A stretch of DNA of 64,000 nt from Candidatus Moraniibacteriota bacterium (GTDB taxonomy: Bacteria > Patescibacteriota > Minisyncoccia > Moranbacterales > UBA1568), in assembly GCA_016699975.1 (NCBI GenBank), contig CP064994.1, forward strand, positions 554,167 through 618,166, in the 5' to 3' direction. The stretch's first letter is position 1. Every line of letters starts with the position of its first letter. A program made the translations under genes and the position numbers. Below, piece after piece: positions 38,563 to 49,342 of the stretch. Below the pieces are notes generated by a model that worked only from the letters and a program-made list of their open reading frames with translations, did not search any database and was not told the origin of the DNA.

Positions 38563-40066
38563 TATCTAAAGAGGGAGCTTTGGTGTTTTCCTTGGAAGAA
38601 CCCTTCTTTCTTCTTAGTAGGGAAGAAAGAAGAGCAATATCTTCTTCGGTAAGGATACGGGCAGAGAAGAGGAGGAGGAGAAAGAAACCTCCGAGCCCTG
38701 CCGCAACAAAGAAGGAGGAGAACGTGTCAAACGAAAACGGAAGCGTTGAAAGAAAGAGGAGAAAGCAAAGCAGCATGAAGACAGACACCTTTTTTGTGTG
38801 GAAGGGCGTCTTGACAAAGCGCTGCATGAGAAAAAATGTCGAAACTGTCACGATGAAGGAGCTTATGGTGACGGCCCAAGCGGACCCCACGATGCCGAAC
38901 CGAGGAATCAAGATCCCATTGAGGGTCGCATTGAGGAGTGTGCCGAGGAGTGCGATTCGAAGCGGAAGGCGCGAGTGCCCGAGGCCGATCAATCCTGAAG
39001 ACAGAGTGTAAAAGACGGTGAGAAGTGAGAGTCCGAAAACGAGGACACGAAAAGTATCGGCCGCTTCGGAATATTGGTTCCCGAAGAAGAGGGTGAGGGC
39101 GGGATGAGCTGCGGCCGAGAGCAGGATAGCAAGGGGCAGAAGAATAATCCCCGAGTATCGAAGGGCCTGCGACATGAGTGCTGATACTTTTTCGGGATTC
39201 CCTTCACTTTTTAGTTTGGCGAGTGCGGGAAGGAGGACGATGGAAAGAGCATAAAAAAGAAAGTATGGGAGACGAGCAAGATTGAGAGCGGCATTATAAA
39301 GACCGGTTTGTCTATCGTCTTCTAGCATCACTTGAACCAGATAGAGATCGATCGAAATGAAAATCTCATAGAAGAGTAAAAAGAGCGTAATGGGCCATGA
39401 GGCGACGAGGAGTGTGCGAAAGGGGAAGGTGAGGGGAGTTTCTTCTTTTCTGTTTGATCGAAATGCCGCAGAAGTTTTCCAGTCAAAAAATAAACCGAGA
39501 AGAAAGGTGAGGAATGGCACTATAATATAGCCTGCGATCGCGCCGGGAAGTTTGAAGGAAATGATGAGGGGAACCGTGATAGCAATACGGAGAATTGAGC
39601 GGGTCATTTTGAGAACGGCTTGTATGTCGAATCGGTGAATGCCGGTAAAGTGATAGAAATAGATAGACGAAGCGGCGAATGCTGGAATAATGAGAGAGGA
39701 AAGACGAAGAAGTGGTTTGAGCGCGGGGTCGCCGAGCATAAGGGCAGTAAATGGCGCAAGGAGAAAGAATACTCCCGTCACAACCGTGATAAGAGCGGCC
39801 TGGAGAAGAGCGGCGGTTTTTTGTATGGCGCGTACGGAAGTAGGACTCCCTTCAAAGTGTTCGCTCAAATATCTCGACATGGCGGTCGGGATGCCGTTTC
39901 CAATCAAGATAATGAGTGTGGTAGTGAGGGTGATAACAAGCCCATATCGGCCGTAGTCGGCAGGGCCGAGCACGCGTCCCGAAACGGCGTGGATCACATA
40001 GCCCGAAACATTGAAGAGGATTTCGGCAACAGTAAGGAGAAAAACGGGTTTTGCGAGTGTTGACAT
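38540..40066 (-). CDS. Oligosaccharide flippase (Wzx/MOP superfamily)
   Basis: 508 aa, about 14 TM helices, N-terminus ...LTVAEILFNVSGYVIHAVSGRVLGPADYGRYGLV.... Converges on the SET gene. Confidence 0.7.
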   Translation of the reverse strand: MSTLAKPVFLLTVAEILFNVSGYVIHAVSGRVLGPADYGRYGLVITLTTTLIILIGNGIPTAMSRYLSEHFEGSPTSVRAIQKTAALLQAALITVVTGVFFLLAPFTALMLGDPALKPLLRLSSLIIPAFAASSIYFYHFTGIHRFDIQAVLKMTRSILRIAITVPLIISFKLPGAIAGYIIVPFLTFLLGLFFDWKTSAAFRSNRKEETPLTFPFRTLLVASWPITLFLLFYEIFISIDLYLVQVMLEDDRQTGLYNAALNLARLPYFLFYALSIVLLPALAKLKSEGNPEKVSALMSQALRYSGIILLPLAILLSAAAHPALTLFFGNQYSEAADTFRVLVFGLSLLTVFYTLSSGLIGLGHSRLPLRIALLGTLLNATLNGILIPRFGIVGSAWAVTISSFIVTVSTFFLMQRFVKTPFHTKKVSVFMLLCFLLFLSTLPFSFDTFSSFFVAAGLGGFFLLLLFSARILTEEDIALLSSLLRRKKGSSKENTKAPSLDINEDSRP

Positions 40067-40125
40067 AAGTGGTGGAGTGTTCTACTTTCCGATCAGGTAT
40101 TTAACAACACACAAAGAGGTGCTTC

Positions 40126-40779
40126 ATGAAGAATGAACCGGGAATCATGTTTCGCCTGGCAGCCAACATACTAATATGGTACAGCCTGTTGGCTTTTCTC
40201 TTCTCAGTCATGTTGTTTTCTTCTGGGAAGATTTACTCTGATTCGGAGCGTATGGTTCGTTTGGCGTCTCCCTTGTTCTTTTCTTCAGTTCTAGTGCTCT
40301 TCGCGGCAGCTCTCCTTGCTGGTCTTTCTTCCGTTATTTTACTCTTTATTGAGCTTCGATCTGGAGACCATAAGAAGAGCGAGTACGAAAGGAAATTCGA
40401 AAGAATCTTTCTGATAGGATTGATGTGTTTTTCGGGGGTATGCTTTTTATTCGCCCTCTGGATCTCTGGGCTCAATCTTTTGCCTGGGGAAGTACTCAAA
40501 AACACACTTTTTGTTTCCGGAGCAATAGTGGTATTTCCTGTCCTGGTAATCTGCTGTCGTGCCTTTGCGGTATGGCTTTGGAAGTATCTGATGAAACGGG
40601 AAAAAGTACGCACATTTCTGCTATTTTTTGTGATAGTACTTCTTTCTCCCATTCTCCTTCCATTTTTCGGATTCTGTATAATTCTCGTCTTTGTGGTAGT
40701 GGTGGTGGCACTTCCGATTTTTGCGCTCACCCCCCCCTCTTTTCGTGGCTTTGCACCAAGACGGATGAATACGCAGTGA
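40126..40779 (+). CDS. Hypothetical multi-TM membrane protein
   Basis: 217 aa with 5-6 hydrophobic helices. No family recognised. Confidence 0.45.
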   Translation: MKNEPGIMFRLAANILIWYSLLAFLFSVMLFSSGKIYSDSERMVRLASPLFFSSVLVLFAAALLAGLSSVILLFIELRSGDHKKSEYERKFERIFLIGLMCFSGVCFLFALWISGLNLLPGEVLKNTLFVSGAIVVFPVLVICCRAFAVWLWKYLMKREKVRTFLLFFVIVLLSPILLPFFGFCIILVFVVVVVALPIFALTPPSFRGFAPRRMNTQ

Positions 40780-40796
40780 AACAAGTTTGAAACAAG

Positions 40797-41423
40797 CTAC
40801 ATAAATTCAAGAATTCCCCGGCTTTTTAAAATGAGGAGAATATCTTGAAAGATACTCTCTTCCGACTTGCTGGCATCAATTTCAACAAGGTGCCAGCTTT
40901 CTTTTTTTTCTTCGAAGAGAGCAAATTTCTTTTTGAGATACTCGATTCCTTGCTCGGGAACGCGGCTCCGCTCCAGTATCTCTTCCGGGTTGATACGGAG
41001 GAAGAAGGCAATATCGGGCTTACGTATGAGGCGCCGAAGTGAATCCTGTTTTTTCCCGGGGGGTGAATCGCCCCGTAAATACTCAATCTGGAGAGCAGTA
41101 TCAATGAGGTAACGATCGGAGAGGAGAATATCGTATTGTTTCCGTAAGGTATTGAAGAGCAGTCGAAATCGAAGCGCGTCGATTGCCAAAAATATTTTTC
41201 GCAACAAGATCGAGAATGAAGAAGCGTGTGTCGAGCCTGGCATTTTTCCCGGCGTGAAAGATTTTTCATTGTTTATGAGGCGAGAGATTCGGTTTGCGAT
41301 CGAGAATTCGACAGCATGAAAGAGCGCGACGCGCTTCCCGCTTTTTTCCAAAGTATTTCGCAGGAGGGCGAGTTGCGTCGACTTTCCCGATCCGTCGAGA
41401 CCCGAAAAAGTGATGAGTTTCAT
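40797..41423 (-). CDS. tmk: Thymidylate kinase
   Basis: MKLITFSGLDGSGKSTQ (P-loop) and LLSDRYLIDT (DRY motif). Confidence 0.85.
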   Translation of the reverse strand: MKLITFSGLDGSGKSTQLALLRNTLEKSGKRVALFHAVEFSIANRISRLINNEKSFTPGKMPGSTHASSFSILLRKIFLAIDALRFRLLFNTLRKQYDILLSDRYLIDTALQIEYLRGDSPPGKKQDSLRRLIRKPDIAFFLRINPEEILERSRVPEQGIEYLKKKFALFEEKKESWHLVEIDASKSEESIFQDILLILKSRGILEFM

Positions 41424-41654
41424 GCGGATATGCTAGCATTTTCAGCGCGGTTTGGGTATATGGTATGCTCTCTGAGGAAGGGGTTACATGGGCCAGGTGT
41501 CGGGTTTTTTGGGAACGATGGAGTCCCATATCCCCCTTTCCTTTGAGGGAGGGTACGCTCTCTTTTCTCAATATGTTCGACATTCTCCGTTGAGAGCGCT
41601 TCGTTCGAAAAAGATTTTTATTGTTACAAAATACGAAACCCTTGTTTTTCGAAT

Positions 41655-43042
41655 ATGACACCACTCTCTCGCGGAATTTTTTTTCTCTTTCTTTTTCTCC
41701 TTCCTCTTCAAACAGTATGGATACTGAGGGAGGTGTCTCTTGATGGGTCCAAGTGGGAATATGGCACGATCGGAATTTTTGGAACGGACGTCGTGCTTCT
41801 CCTTTTCATGGTGACATTCTTGGGAGAGCGCATCTTTTCTTGGAAAAGAAACAATCCACGCTCTTTTTCATTTTCTTTTTTGTTTCGCGGCGTTATTGCG
41901 AAGGGCGCTCTCCTTGATGCGAGGACCCGTATTGTCTTCGGAAGTCTTGTTGCTCTTCTTGTGTGGAGCGCGCTTTCCATACTGTGGGCGGAAGACACGG
42001 TACTTGCCCGATATTTTTTCGTCAAGATGCTTTTTGCGGCGGGAGTATTTTTTGTGGCGCGGTCTCTTCGGTATCAATTCGCTTCATATGGAGCGCTCAT
42101 CCTTTTTGCGGGAGCGGTTCTTGAGAGTATGCTCGGGCTCTGGCAGTTTCTGTTGCAAGATACTATAAGGTCGACGATTTTTGGTATGAGTCATTTTGAG
42201 GTGTGGCGCCCCGGCGTCTCGGTTCTCAAAAACGAAAGCGGTCGGTGGCTTCGAGCGTATGGCTCCTTGCCGCACCCCAATATACTCGGGGGGATTTCTT
42301 GCCTCGACGCTCATTTTGGGCTGTTCTTTTGAGTGGTGCTCGTACCAAAACGCAGAGGATCACGATATTCATTTCCACTTTCTTTGTGGCGCTCGGCGTT
42401 TTGGTCACGTTTTCGCGCTCTGCTTGGTTGGGAGTATTCCTTGGAGTTATTGCCTTATCTTTTGGGGTGTTTCGCTGGGGAGAAAGTGCTCAGAAAAAAC
42501 ACTTCGCTCTGAGCTTTCTCCTCATAATGTGTGCTCTCCTTCCTTTCCTCTTCCTCTTTCGTGAGACGATATTTCCACGATTTGACTCGAAAACGATTGA
42601 ACGGGAAGGGTCTATATCGGAGCGGATTACTTCTTTGTATGACGCGAAGGAGGTGCTGAGCCGAGGAGATATCTTGATGGGAGTCGGAGTCGGAAATTTT
42701 ACGAATGCCGTTCACTCCCTTCATCCAACGCGACCGATATGGAGTGTTCAGCCGGCACACAACGTATTCCTCCTCGTGACGGCGGAAGGGGGGGTGCCTG
42801 GAGTCATTCTCTTTCTCCTCTTCCTGATATCAGCTACAGGCGCCATCCTTTCTGTCGGGAAAACAAAAAACCTTGAGAAGCGTCTTCTTTCTCTCACATT
42901 TTTTTGCGCGTTTGTTGCCCTTCTCCCGAGCTTCTTTTTGGATCACTTTTTATGGACTGCTCATTTTGGGATGCTGCTTCTCTTTTTCTTGCTGGGCGTT
43001 GTTTCAAAGAGTGAGTTTGATAAAGGCAAGGAGGTGTCGTGA
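41655..43042 (+). CDS. O-antigen ligase / Wzy-like polymerase family membrane protein, frame broken in G6 run 42288-42293
   Basis: Second half contains ...LVTFSRSAWLGVFLGVIAL..., a Wzy_C-like TfSRsawL motif. Multi-TM throughout. Adding one G joins the ORFs 41655-42332 and 42203-43042. Confidence 0.55.
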
Positions 43043-43186
43043 AGCGGTTCCCTCCACTTCCTCGGTTCTTGTCTCTGTGTGGGAAAGGGAACTGATAAGG
43101 AAGACGCTAATCGGAATCCGGAAAACACGACTTTCACATGTCTGTCGTGAATTTTCTCTGGTCGAAAAGAGAACGACAGGAAATGT

Positions 43187-44695
43187 TCAATACATAATAA
43201 CGGCAACGGGTTGGAGTCGCGCGACGGGACGAGCGATGTTGTTTTCGCGAACGCTTTCAATCACATCGTCTCCTCGTTTGTAATGAGCGGCGTCTTGCTC
43301 GATGACCTTCGAAGATCGGCCGTTGTAGAGGCGAACCCCGCGCGAGGCGAGTTTTTGGTCAAGCTCTGATTTCGATTGCGGGATACTCGTGTCTGTTTTG
43401 TGTTTGGATTTTCCGGCGCCATGATTGCAGGAGAAGAAGCTCGACTCGTTGTCGTCTGTTCCAACAGCGAGGTAGGCTTGTGTCGACATGGAAATAGGAA
43501 TGAAACAAGGTTCACCCGTCTCGCGAAAAAGCGGATGATCTTTCATGCGTGTCGGCCCGAACGCGCGACTCGTTCCGTTTCGGTGCACCCAGACCTCTTT
43601 GTCGAAATGCCGTTCTTTCGAAACGAGAATATGGGGCATGTCGTAGAGGAGTTCGAATTCTGGATCACGCTTCAGCGTCTCTTTGATGGTGCGAGAGACG
43701 TTGTGAGTGATAACGGCGCGATTCGCATGGGCGAAATTGGAACAGGCATTTCGAGCTGCCATGTAGAGTGAACCTTCTTCGCTCTCCCCGTCGAAGGCAA
43801 TCAGGGAATCTTTTTTCCCGAAACCAGAGGCGCGAATTTTCCGAGCGATTTCACGGACGATTTTTCGGTAGGGGGTGTGCCACAGTGCTCGCCCGATGTT
43901 CATAAGGATCGCGGTCAAGAGGTGCTCGCGTTTTTTGGCAGTGTACATGTACATGGTGTATTGCCCGAGAATTCCCGATCCGCAGTGAATCATGAAAAGG
44001 TAGTCGCCGTTTTTGAGGCCGAATTTTTCGGCAGTTTTCTCATCTTCGATACCCGTTACTTTCATGAGATCAAGAAAGTGATTGCCGGCGGCGCCCAGAA
44101 TGCCGGAACGAAACTGAGCGAAAAAAAGAAAGAGGGGCGGCATGATATCGAACAGTTCCTTTCGGGAAAGTTCGCGATCGAAAAAGTTTCCGCCGTCCAG
44201 CGAGTGTTCCGCCTCGAATCGCGTTTCCGCTTTCAGATACGAAATTAGGGGAGCGATGCCGCCCCGAGCAATATCAACCACTGTCTTGAAGGGGAGGAAT
44301 GTGCCGAAGAATGCTTTTGTGGGAATGCGGGGGACGAGTGCTTCAAAAAGCGTATGAATATCCTCCGCCGAAAAATTGGATTCGTTTAAGTTGGTTTTGA
44401 CGAGACGCATTCCGCAGGCGGGATCCGAGTCGTTCAACTGCGGCAAGATGAAGTGTTCCGAAGCGACGGTGGTGCCAGTTGCATTTTTTCGGCCTGGCTT
44501 CGAATGGACATCTGCCATAGCGGCGATGTGGTGGAAACACTCGGGATTCGAAGCGACCTTTTCGAGTTGTTCGAGTGTGGAATCATTTGGCATGAGTGAT
44601 TCTTGAACATGAAAGACGACTGGCACTTGCATGCGACTCGTTTTCATTTCACGTTTGTAGGGACCTGTCTCCCGAATGGCGAAATCTCTTGACAT
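43187..44695 (-). CDS. rtcB: RNA-splicing ligase RtcB
   Basis: AAMADVHSKPG, IHCGSGILG, VWVHRNGTSRA, SCNHGAGKS: RtcB metal-binding and GMP-histidine motif family. Confidence 0.8.
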   Translation of the reverse strand: MSRDFAIRETGPYKREMKTSRMQVPVVFHVQESLMPNDSTLEQLEKVASNPECFHHIAAMADVHSKPGRKNATGTTVASEHFILPQLNDSDPACGMRLVKTNLNESNFSAEDIHTLFEALVPRIPTKAFFGTFLPFKTVVDIARGGIAPLISYLKAETRFEAEHSLDGGNFFDRELSRKELFDIMPPLFLFFAQFRSGILGAAGNHFLDLMKVTGIEDEKTAEKFGLKNGDYLFMIHCGSGILGQYTMYMYTAKKREHLLTAILMNIGRALWHTPYRKIVREIARKIRASGFGKKDSLIAFDGESEEGSLYMAARNACSNFAHANRAVITHNVSRTIKETLKRDPEFELLYDMPHILVSKERHFDKEVWVHRNGTSRAFGPTRMKDHPLFRETGEPCFIPISMSTQAYLAVGTDDNESSFFSCNHGAGKSKHKTDTSIPQSKSELDQKLASRGVRLYNGRSSKVIEQDAAHYKRGDDVIESVRENNIARPVARLQPVAVIMY

Positions 44696-44788
44696 AAAGT
44701 TGTTTCTTTTCGATAAGTGGAGATGTTCTTTTTGTTTGTTGGATCTTTAAAAATTCTAAACTCTCAAAATGTTGAAAAGGAGAAAATC

Positions 44789-45220
44789 ATGTCTTCGCAT
44801 CAATCTCTTGTACGTTTTGTAATTGGTGAAGGCACAAAGGGCTGCTCTTCCATTGACCTCTTTGCTTCCGGAAAATATCCTGCTCTCATTCTTGTTGGAT
44901 GTTCAGGGGGTTTTCAAAAGGTGTTGGAAGTCCGAGGGCAAGAGAATAATAGGGTGAGACAACATTTCCAGAGTGATATTTTTCCACCGGGGAAATTCTG
45001 GACGATGAGTGTTGTGAAGTCTCAATTTCCTAAGGTTATCTATGAATGTTATCGTTATCGGCCAAAACCAAGAAAGGGTTATCCTGTTATCTTCCAATTG
45101 AGGAAATACCAATTCTCTATCGATAAAAAAACAAGAAGGGTGAGCCCTGCAGAATTAGAGAGCGCAAAGAGGATGATTCCTTCGCTCTTACTTAGGCGAT
45201 TGAGGGCCTTTTCTCTCTAA
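44789..45220 (+). CDS. Hypothetical protein (about 143 aa)
   Basis: Strong SD AAGGAG 8 nt upstream of ATG 44789. No recognisable domain. Confidence 0.45.
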   Translation: MSSHQSLVRFVIGEGTKGCSSIDLFASGKYPALILVGCSGGFQKVLEVRGQENNRVRQHFQSDIFPPGKFWTMSVVKSQFPKVIYECYRYRPKPRKGYPVIFQLRKYQFSIDKKTRRVSPAELESAKRMIPSLLLRRLRAFSL

Positions 45221-45223
45221 CGA

Positions 45224-46360
45224 TTAACGGGCGAGAGTGTACAGCTGGCGATATTTTTCCGCTGTCTCGCTCAAATTGAAGGAGTTCTCGACAAACGCTC
45301 TCGCATGGTTGCTGAGGGCGTTTCTTTTTTCCGGATCATGGCGCAGGCGCTCAATCATATTCCAGAATGCCTCGCCGTCTCCTCGGGGTATCGTAGCGCA
45401 TATTTCTGGGTTTGAAAACTCCGAAAATCGCGGGAGATCGGAGAGGATAACTGGTTTTCCTGAGGCATAGGCTTCGAGGATGACGAGGGGAACGTCAAAT
45501 TTTCCGAAGAGGTCATGGACGGGAAAGGTGACGATATCAGCGACGCGGTACAGGGCAGGCACGTCGGAAACAGTATCGCTCCAACGAATGAAATCGAGAA
45601 TGCCTGCTTCTTCAAATTTCTTTCGAATCGACTCTTTTTTTTCACGATCGGCCTGATTTTTGACACGAAGCGCAAAGAGAAATCGGAATCGTTCGGACGA
45701 AGGATCTCTTCCACGCAGTTTCTCGATGAGCATATCGGCAATCATGTCGGTTGCGCCGAGGCGAGCGTATTCGCCCGCGTAGGAAACAACAAAGTCAGAG
45801 GGAGTAAGCGTGAGCGCCCTGAGCATCACAGCATCTTTGGGTCCCGGAGAGAATCGCTCAAGATCAATGCCGGGCGAAATTGTCTCTACGTTTCGGTACC
45901 CTGCTTCTTCGAGCATTTTTCGGGAGTGTTCGGTGTAGGTAATGAGGCGGGTCGCAAAACACATTCGTTTCCACTCCGGTATACCCCAGCGTTCTTCGCG
46001 TAAGGTGGCAATAGTTTGTATGGTATGCGGGTGGTTTCGGAAGAGCATTTTGAGGAAGGAAGAATTGAGAGGAGTGGGAGTAAAGAGGAAATGGACAACA
46101 TCGAAAGCGTTGCCTTTGTGCGCGAGGAAGGCAATAAGGCGCATTTTTGCAAAAAAATCGAAGTCGCCCGATTGGTAGATGGGATGTGAGACGACGTTTT
46201 CTCCCATTTCGGCGAGCGATTCATGATCGGTAAGGAGGTGAAATTCTATTTCCGGATCACGAATACTTTTTGCGAGGAAATAGGCGAAATTTTTGGATGC
46301 TTCATCCCAAGGGGGGACGAGGGGACGGGTTACCAAAAGGACTCGTTTGGGGGTTGACAT
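45224..46360 (-). CDS. Glycosyltransferase family 4
   Basis: GT-B C-domain ...FPVHDLFGKFDVPLVILEAYASGKPVILSDL... and N-terminus VLLVTRPLVPPWDEASKNFAYFLAK. Confidence 0.75.
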   Translation of the reverse strand: MSTPKRVLLVTRPLVPPWDEASKNFAYFLAKSIRDPEIEFHLLTDHESLAEMGENVVSHPIYQSGDFDFFAKMRLIAFLAHKGNAFDVVHFLFTPTPLNSSFLKMLFRNHPHTIQTIATLREERWGIPEWKRMCFATRLITYTEHSRKMLEEAGYRNVETISPGIDLERFSPGPKDAVMLRALTLTPSDFVVSYAGEYARLGATDMIADMLIEKLRGRDPSSERFRFLFALRVKNQADREKKESIRKKFEEAGILDFIRWSDTVSDVPALYRVADIVTFPVHDLFGKFDVPLVILEAYASGKPVILSDLPRFSEFSNPEICATIPRGDGEAFWNMIERLRHDPEKRNALSNHARAFVENSFNLSETAEKYRQLYTLAR

Positions 46361-46712
46361 AAATAGAATTTTAGAGTAGTGTCTTGAGTTGCTTTCTTAA
46401 CAATCTTTATGTCCTACTCTGTGCTTTTGGTGCAGGGAGGTTTATATCCATAGTGCCAAACATTTTTACATGTTTACATGAGGAGAGAAAAAATGTTGAT
46501 TCGGATAAATTTTATTCGTAGAACCGTAAAAACTGCTCGCCGAGGAGATAAAAAAGAATTTTTTGATACACTTTTTTTCACCTTGAAAATTTCTCTTGAA
46601 TTAAAAGAAATTTTGACGATCCTAAAGAATATTCAAATTTTTCTTTTATTTTGTGGATACGAAATTATTGAGAATTATCATCTTCGCTCAGAAGGGGAAT
46701 GCAGGACGATCG

Positions 46713-47222
46713 TTATTCTTCGTGATAAGGGATCTTAGAGATAAATCTTTTGAAAAGCGGTACGACAAACAATGTTTTGTCAAGCCGCTTTTTTATTTGA
46801 ATCATTCCTTCCTCGCTTTCCCACGGTTCTTTTTCTGTTCGAGTTTTCTTTCTTCCTCTACCGGTATATCTCTTTTCTTTTTGTAAGATCTTTTTTCTCT
46901 TCACTCCCTTCTGTCCACACAACAATGCGGACGGGTTTTTGTCGGGATTCGCTGCAAGAATTGTCTGACCCGCGCCAGAGGCGAGTGTGAATGAAAAGGA
47001 ATCAATAACTTCGTTCTCACGAGACACTGTCGCGAAAAATGTTTTGGCGCTTCCGAAATTCAAAACAGAAAAACTCGCATCTTCGGGTTGCGCCGACACG
47101 AAAGAGAGTGACCACCAGTCGTGCCGTGTGGGATCGGCAAGCATCGTTTCTCGCGCAAGGAGCGTGAGAGATGCGGCAAAGAGGCCGATTGCGAGAAAGA
47201 GAATGAGGCGCGTGTCTTTCAT
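46713..47222 (-). CDS. Secreted hypothetical protein
   Basis: Signal peptide MKDTRLILFLAIGLFAASLTLLA. C-terminal region is basic and low-complexity. Confidence 0.4.
   Translation of the reverse strand: MKDTRLILFLAIGLFAASLTLLARETMLADPTRHDWWSLSFVSAQPEDASFSVLNFGSAKTFFATVSRENEVIDSFSFTLASGAGQTILAANPDKNPSALLCGQKGVKRKKILQKEKRYTGRGRKKTRTEKEPWESEEGMIQIKKRLDKTLFVVPLFKRFISKIPYHEE
46753..46797. terminator. Intrinsic terminator hairpin (AAAAGCGG...CCGCTTTTTTATTT), likely bidirectional
   Basis: aaaagcggtacgacaaacaatgttttgtcaagccgcttttttattt, with nested inner inverted repeat GACAAAC/GTTTTGTC. Lies just beyond the stop of the 46713-47222 gene. Confidence 0.45.
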
Positions 47223-47261
47223 AAGAAAAGAGATTTCGGGAATTGTTTGTGAGAAAATGAA

Positions 47262-49333
47262 TTAGGGAAGCTTCTTTCGGTAAACGGCGATATCGTCGGA
47301 AATGTATGGGAGAGTCATCTCTTTCTCTTTTGCGAATTGCGCGGAATCGTAATGTGGATTCACAATCACCGTGTTGACGCGAGTTGCGGCAAAACAGCTT
47401 TGACCTTTCGGTGTGTTCGGAGCCGAAATCATGAGGAGGGTACACTGTTCGCGCGGAGTCGCTTCGTCGGTGTAGCGGCGAAAATAGCCGCGCGAAAGCG
47501 GGTAGGAGTAATCGCGCATGAAAAAAAACTTCATCCATGAGTCGGCAACGATGTAGTTGTGATCTTTGAGAATCCATTCGTCAGGCCGAATTCGTTCGGC
47601 TGCCCAGCGGGAGACAGCAAATGTTTGTACGGCACTTTTTGCGTTGGGCGCTTGAGTCAAAGAGAAAGCATTGTCGAAAAATCCGCCGACGATTGTTGCG
47701 ACGAGAATTGTCGCGAAACTGATCCGGAGAAGTAGGTCGGTTCCATATTGAGGCAAAGGGGTTTCGGATTTTCTCTTGTGGTTTGCAAAGAGAAAAGAAA
47801 AGCAAGCGATGCGAGCAGTATCATTGGGAAATTGGCGTAGGTGCCGATTCTGTTTGAGGGAATGTCGAGGAAAAGTGCTCCCGGAAAGAGCGACATCACA
47901 AGAAGGCTGAATCCCCATCCGAAGGCAATCGCTCCCGAGAGGGTCTTTCGGGCAAAAGAAAAGAGAATAACGAGAAGGCTTACGAGCGCGAGGCCCATGC
48001 GAGCCCCTCCTACCCCTTGTGTAAACTCTGCAAACCCAAGACCTTCTCGGGTCGCTTTGCTTGGTGTGCCGATTGCCGTGTCGATTGATGCAGGATCAAG
48101 ATACGTGGGGAGAGAAATAAAAAATGAAAACAGAAGAACGAGAATGAGAATGGTGAGGGGGAATGGCGAAAAAGCAAGTCGTATCCAGGAGCGCATTTCC
48201 GAGAAGGCAGAGCGGATGTGAAACACGAGGAAAAAGAAAATCGAGAAGAGGACGATAAAGAGCAGGACGAGTGTCGAAAGGTGATGGGTAAAGGCAAGGG
48301 TCGCCCCGACAAAGATGGAGAGTGTCAGGAGAAGCGGATTTTTTTCACGAAGCGCGCGAAAAAGCGCGAGCAAAAAGAGAGGAATGAAAAAGTTTCCGAA
48401 AAGATTTCCGACGACGCCACCGCTCACATATTTTGCTTCGGGAGAGGAAAGAGCCCAGAGCGGCCCCGCCAAAAGAAAAGCGAGGAGGAACGCGCGCTTT
48501 GAAAGATCGTGATTGTGAAAGAGATCTTCCGAAAATCGAAATGCAAGGAGTGCGATCGCAAGCGGTGTGAGCACATTGATTATGAGAAGAAAGAGAGAAG
48601 GAAAAGCCGAGAGAAGCGGGAGGGTGCTGATTTTCGAAAAAGCGGCGAATGGCAGGTGCTCCCCGATGATGAAATCGTCGATTGCTTCTGGCGCAGTGAG
48701 AGTATTACTGCCGTCCGAAAAATTGATGTTTATCTTTTCGTACCGGGGCAATTTTTCGGTGAGTACGATTTTCTGCGCCCAGAACATGTGGTGGCCGAGA
48801 TCGGTCGAAGTGGGGAGAATCGTATTCCACAAGAATGCTCCCTTCATGGTGAGGGTGAGAAAAAAAATGCCGAGAAAGAGAAGTGACTGTCGGCGAGAAA
48901 GGCCGAGGGAAGATTGGGAGGAAGTGAAAGAGTTGGAAGCATCGGCGTTGAGGGGAGTGGTACTTTCCCCTTCTTTTTTTTCGAGCGATATATTGTGTGA
49001 AGAGGGGGGAGAGAAGGTCTGGTGAAGTTTTTGTGACAGGAGTGAAACAATCGATCTATTTCGCAGAAGGAAGAGGCTTGGAATCGCGATCAAAAAAGCC
49101 GACAGGAAAAAGAGGGCTTCTCGGCTGAGGGGAATGTTGAAAAAATGGAGGAGTATCATGCCGGCGTCCATCATGCCGATGCCGAGCGCGAAGGAAAAGA
49201 GGAGCGACTCAAGCGGGAAGAGAGAAAACCGGTGTTGAGATTTTTTGCGAAGCGAAAGGACGAGCCATCCTGGAAGGAAGAACAAAAAAAGAATCGAGAC
49301 GAAAAAAAAGAGAAGTTGGAGGTCGATCGGCAT
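47262..49333 (-). CDS. Polytopic membrane protein (about 690 aa) with C-terminal extracytoplasmic domain, frame broken near 47785-47800
   Basis: 558-aa multi-TM ORF (...TDLGHHMFWAQ...) ends at 47657. The overlapping 218-aa ORF in another frame carries a further TM (LLLRISFATILVATIVGGFF) plus a soluble domain. An apparent 1-nt deletion in the CTCTTTGC run joins them. Confidence 0.55.
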
Positions 49334-49342
49334 AGAAGCGCG

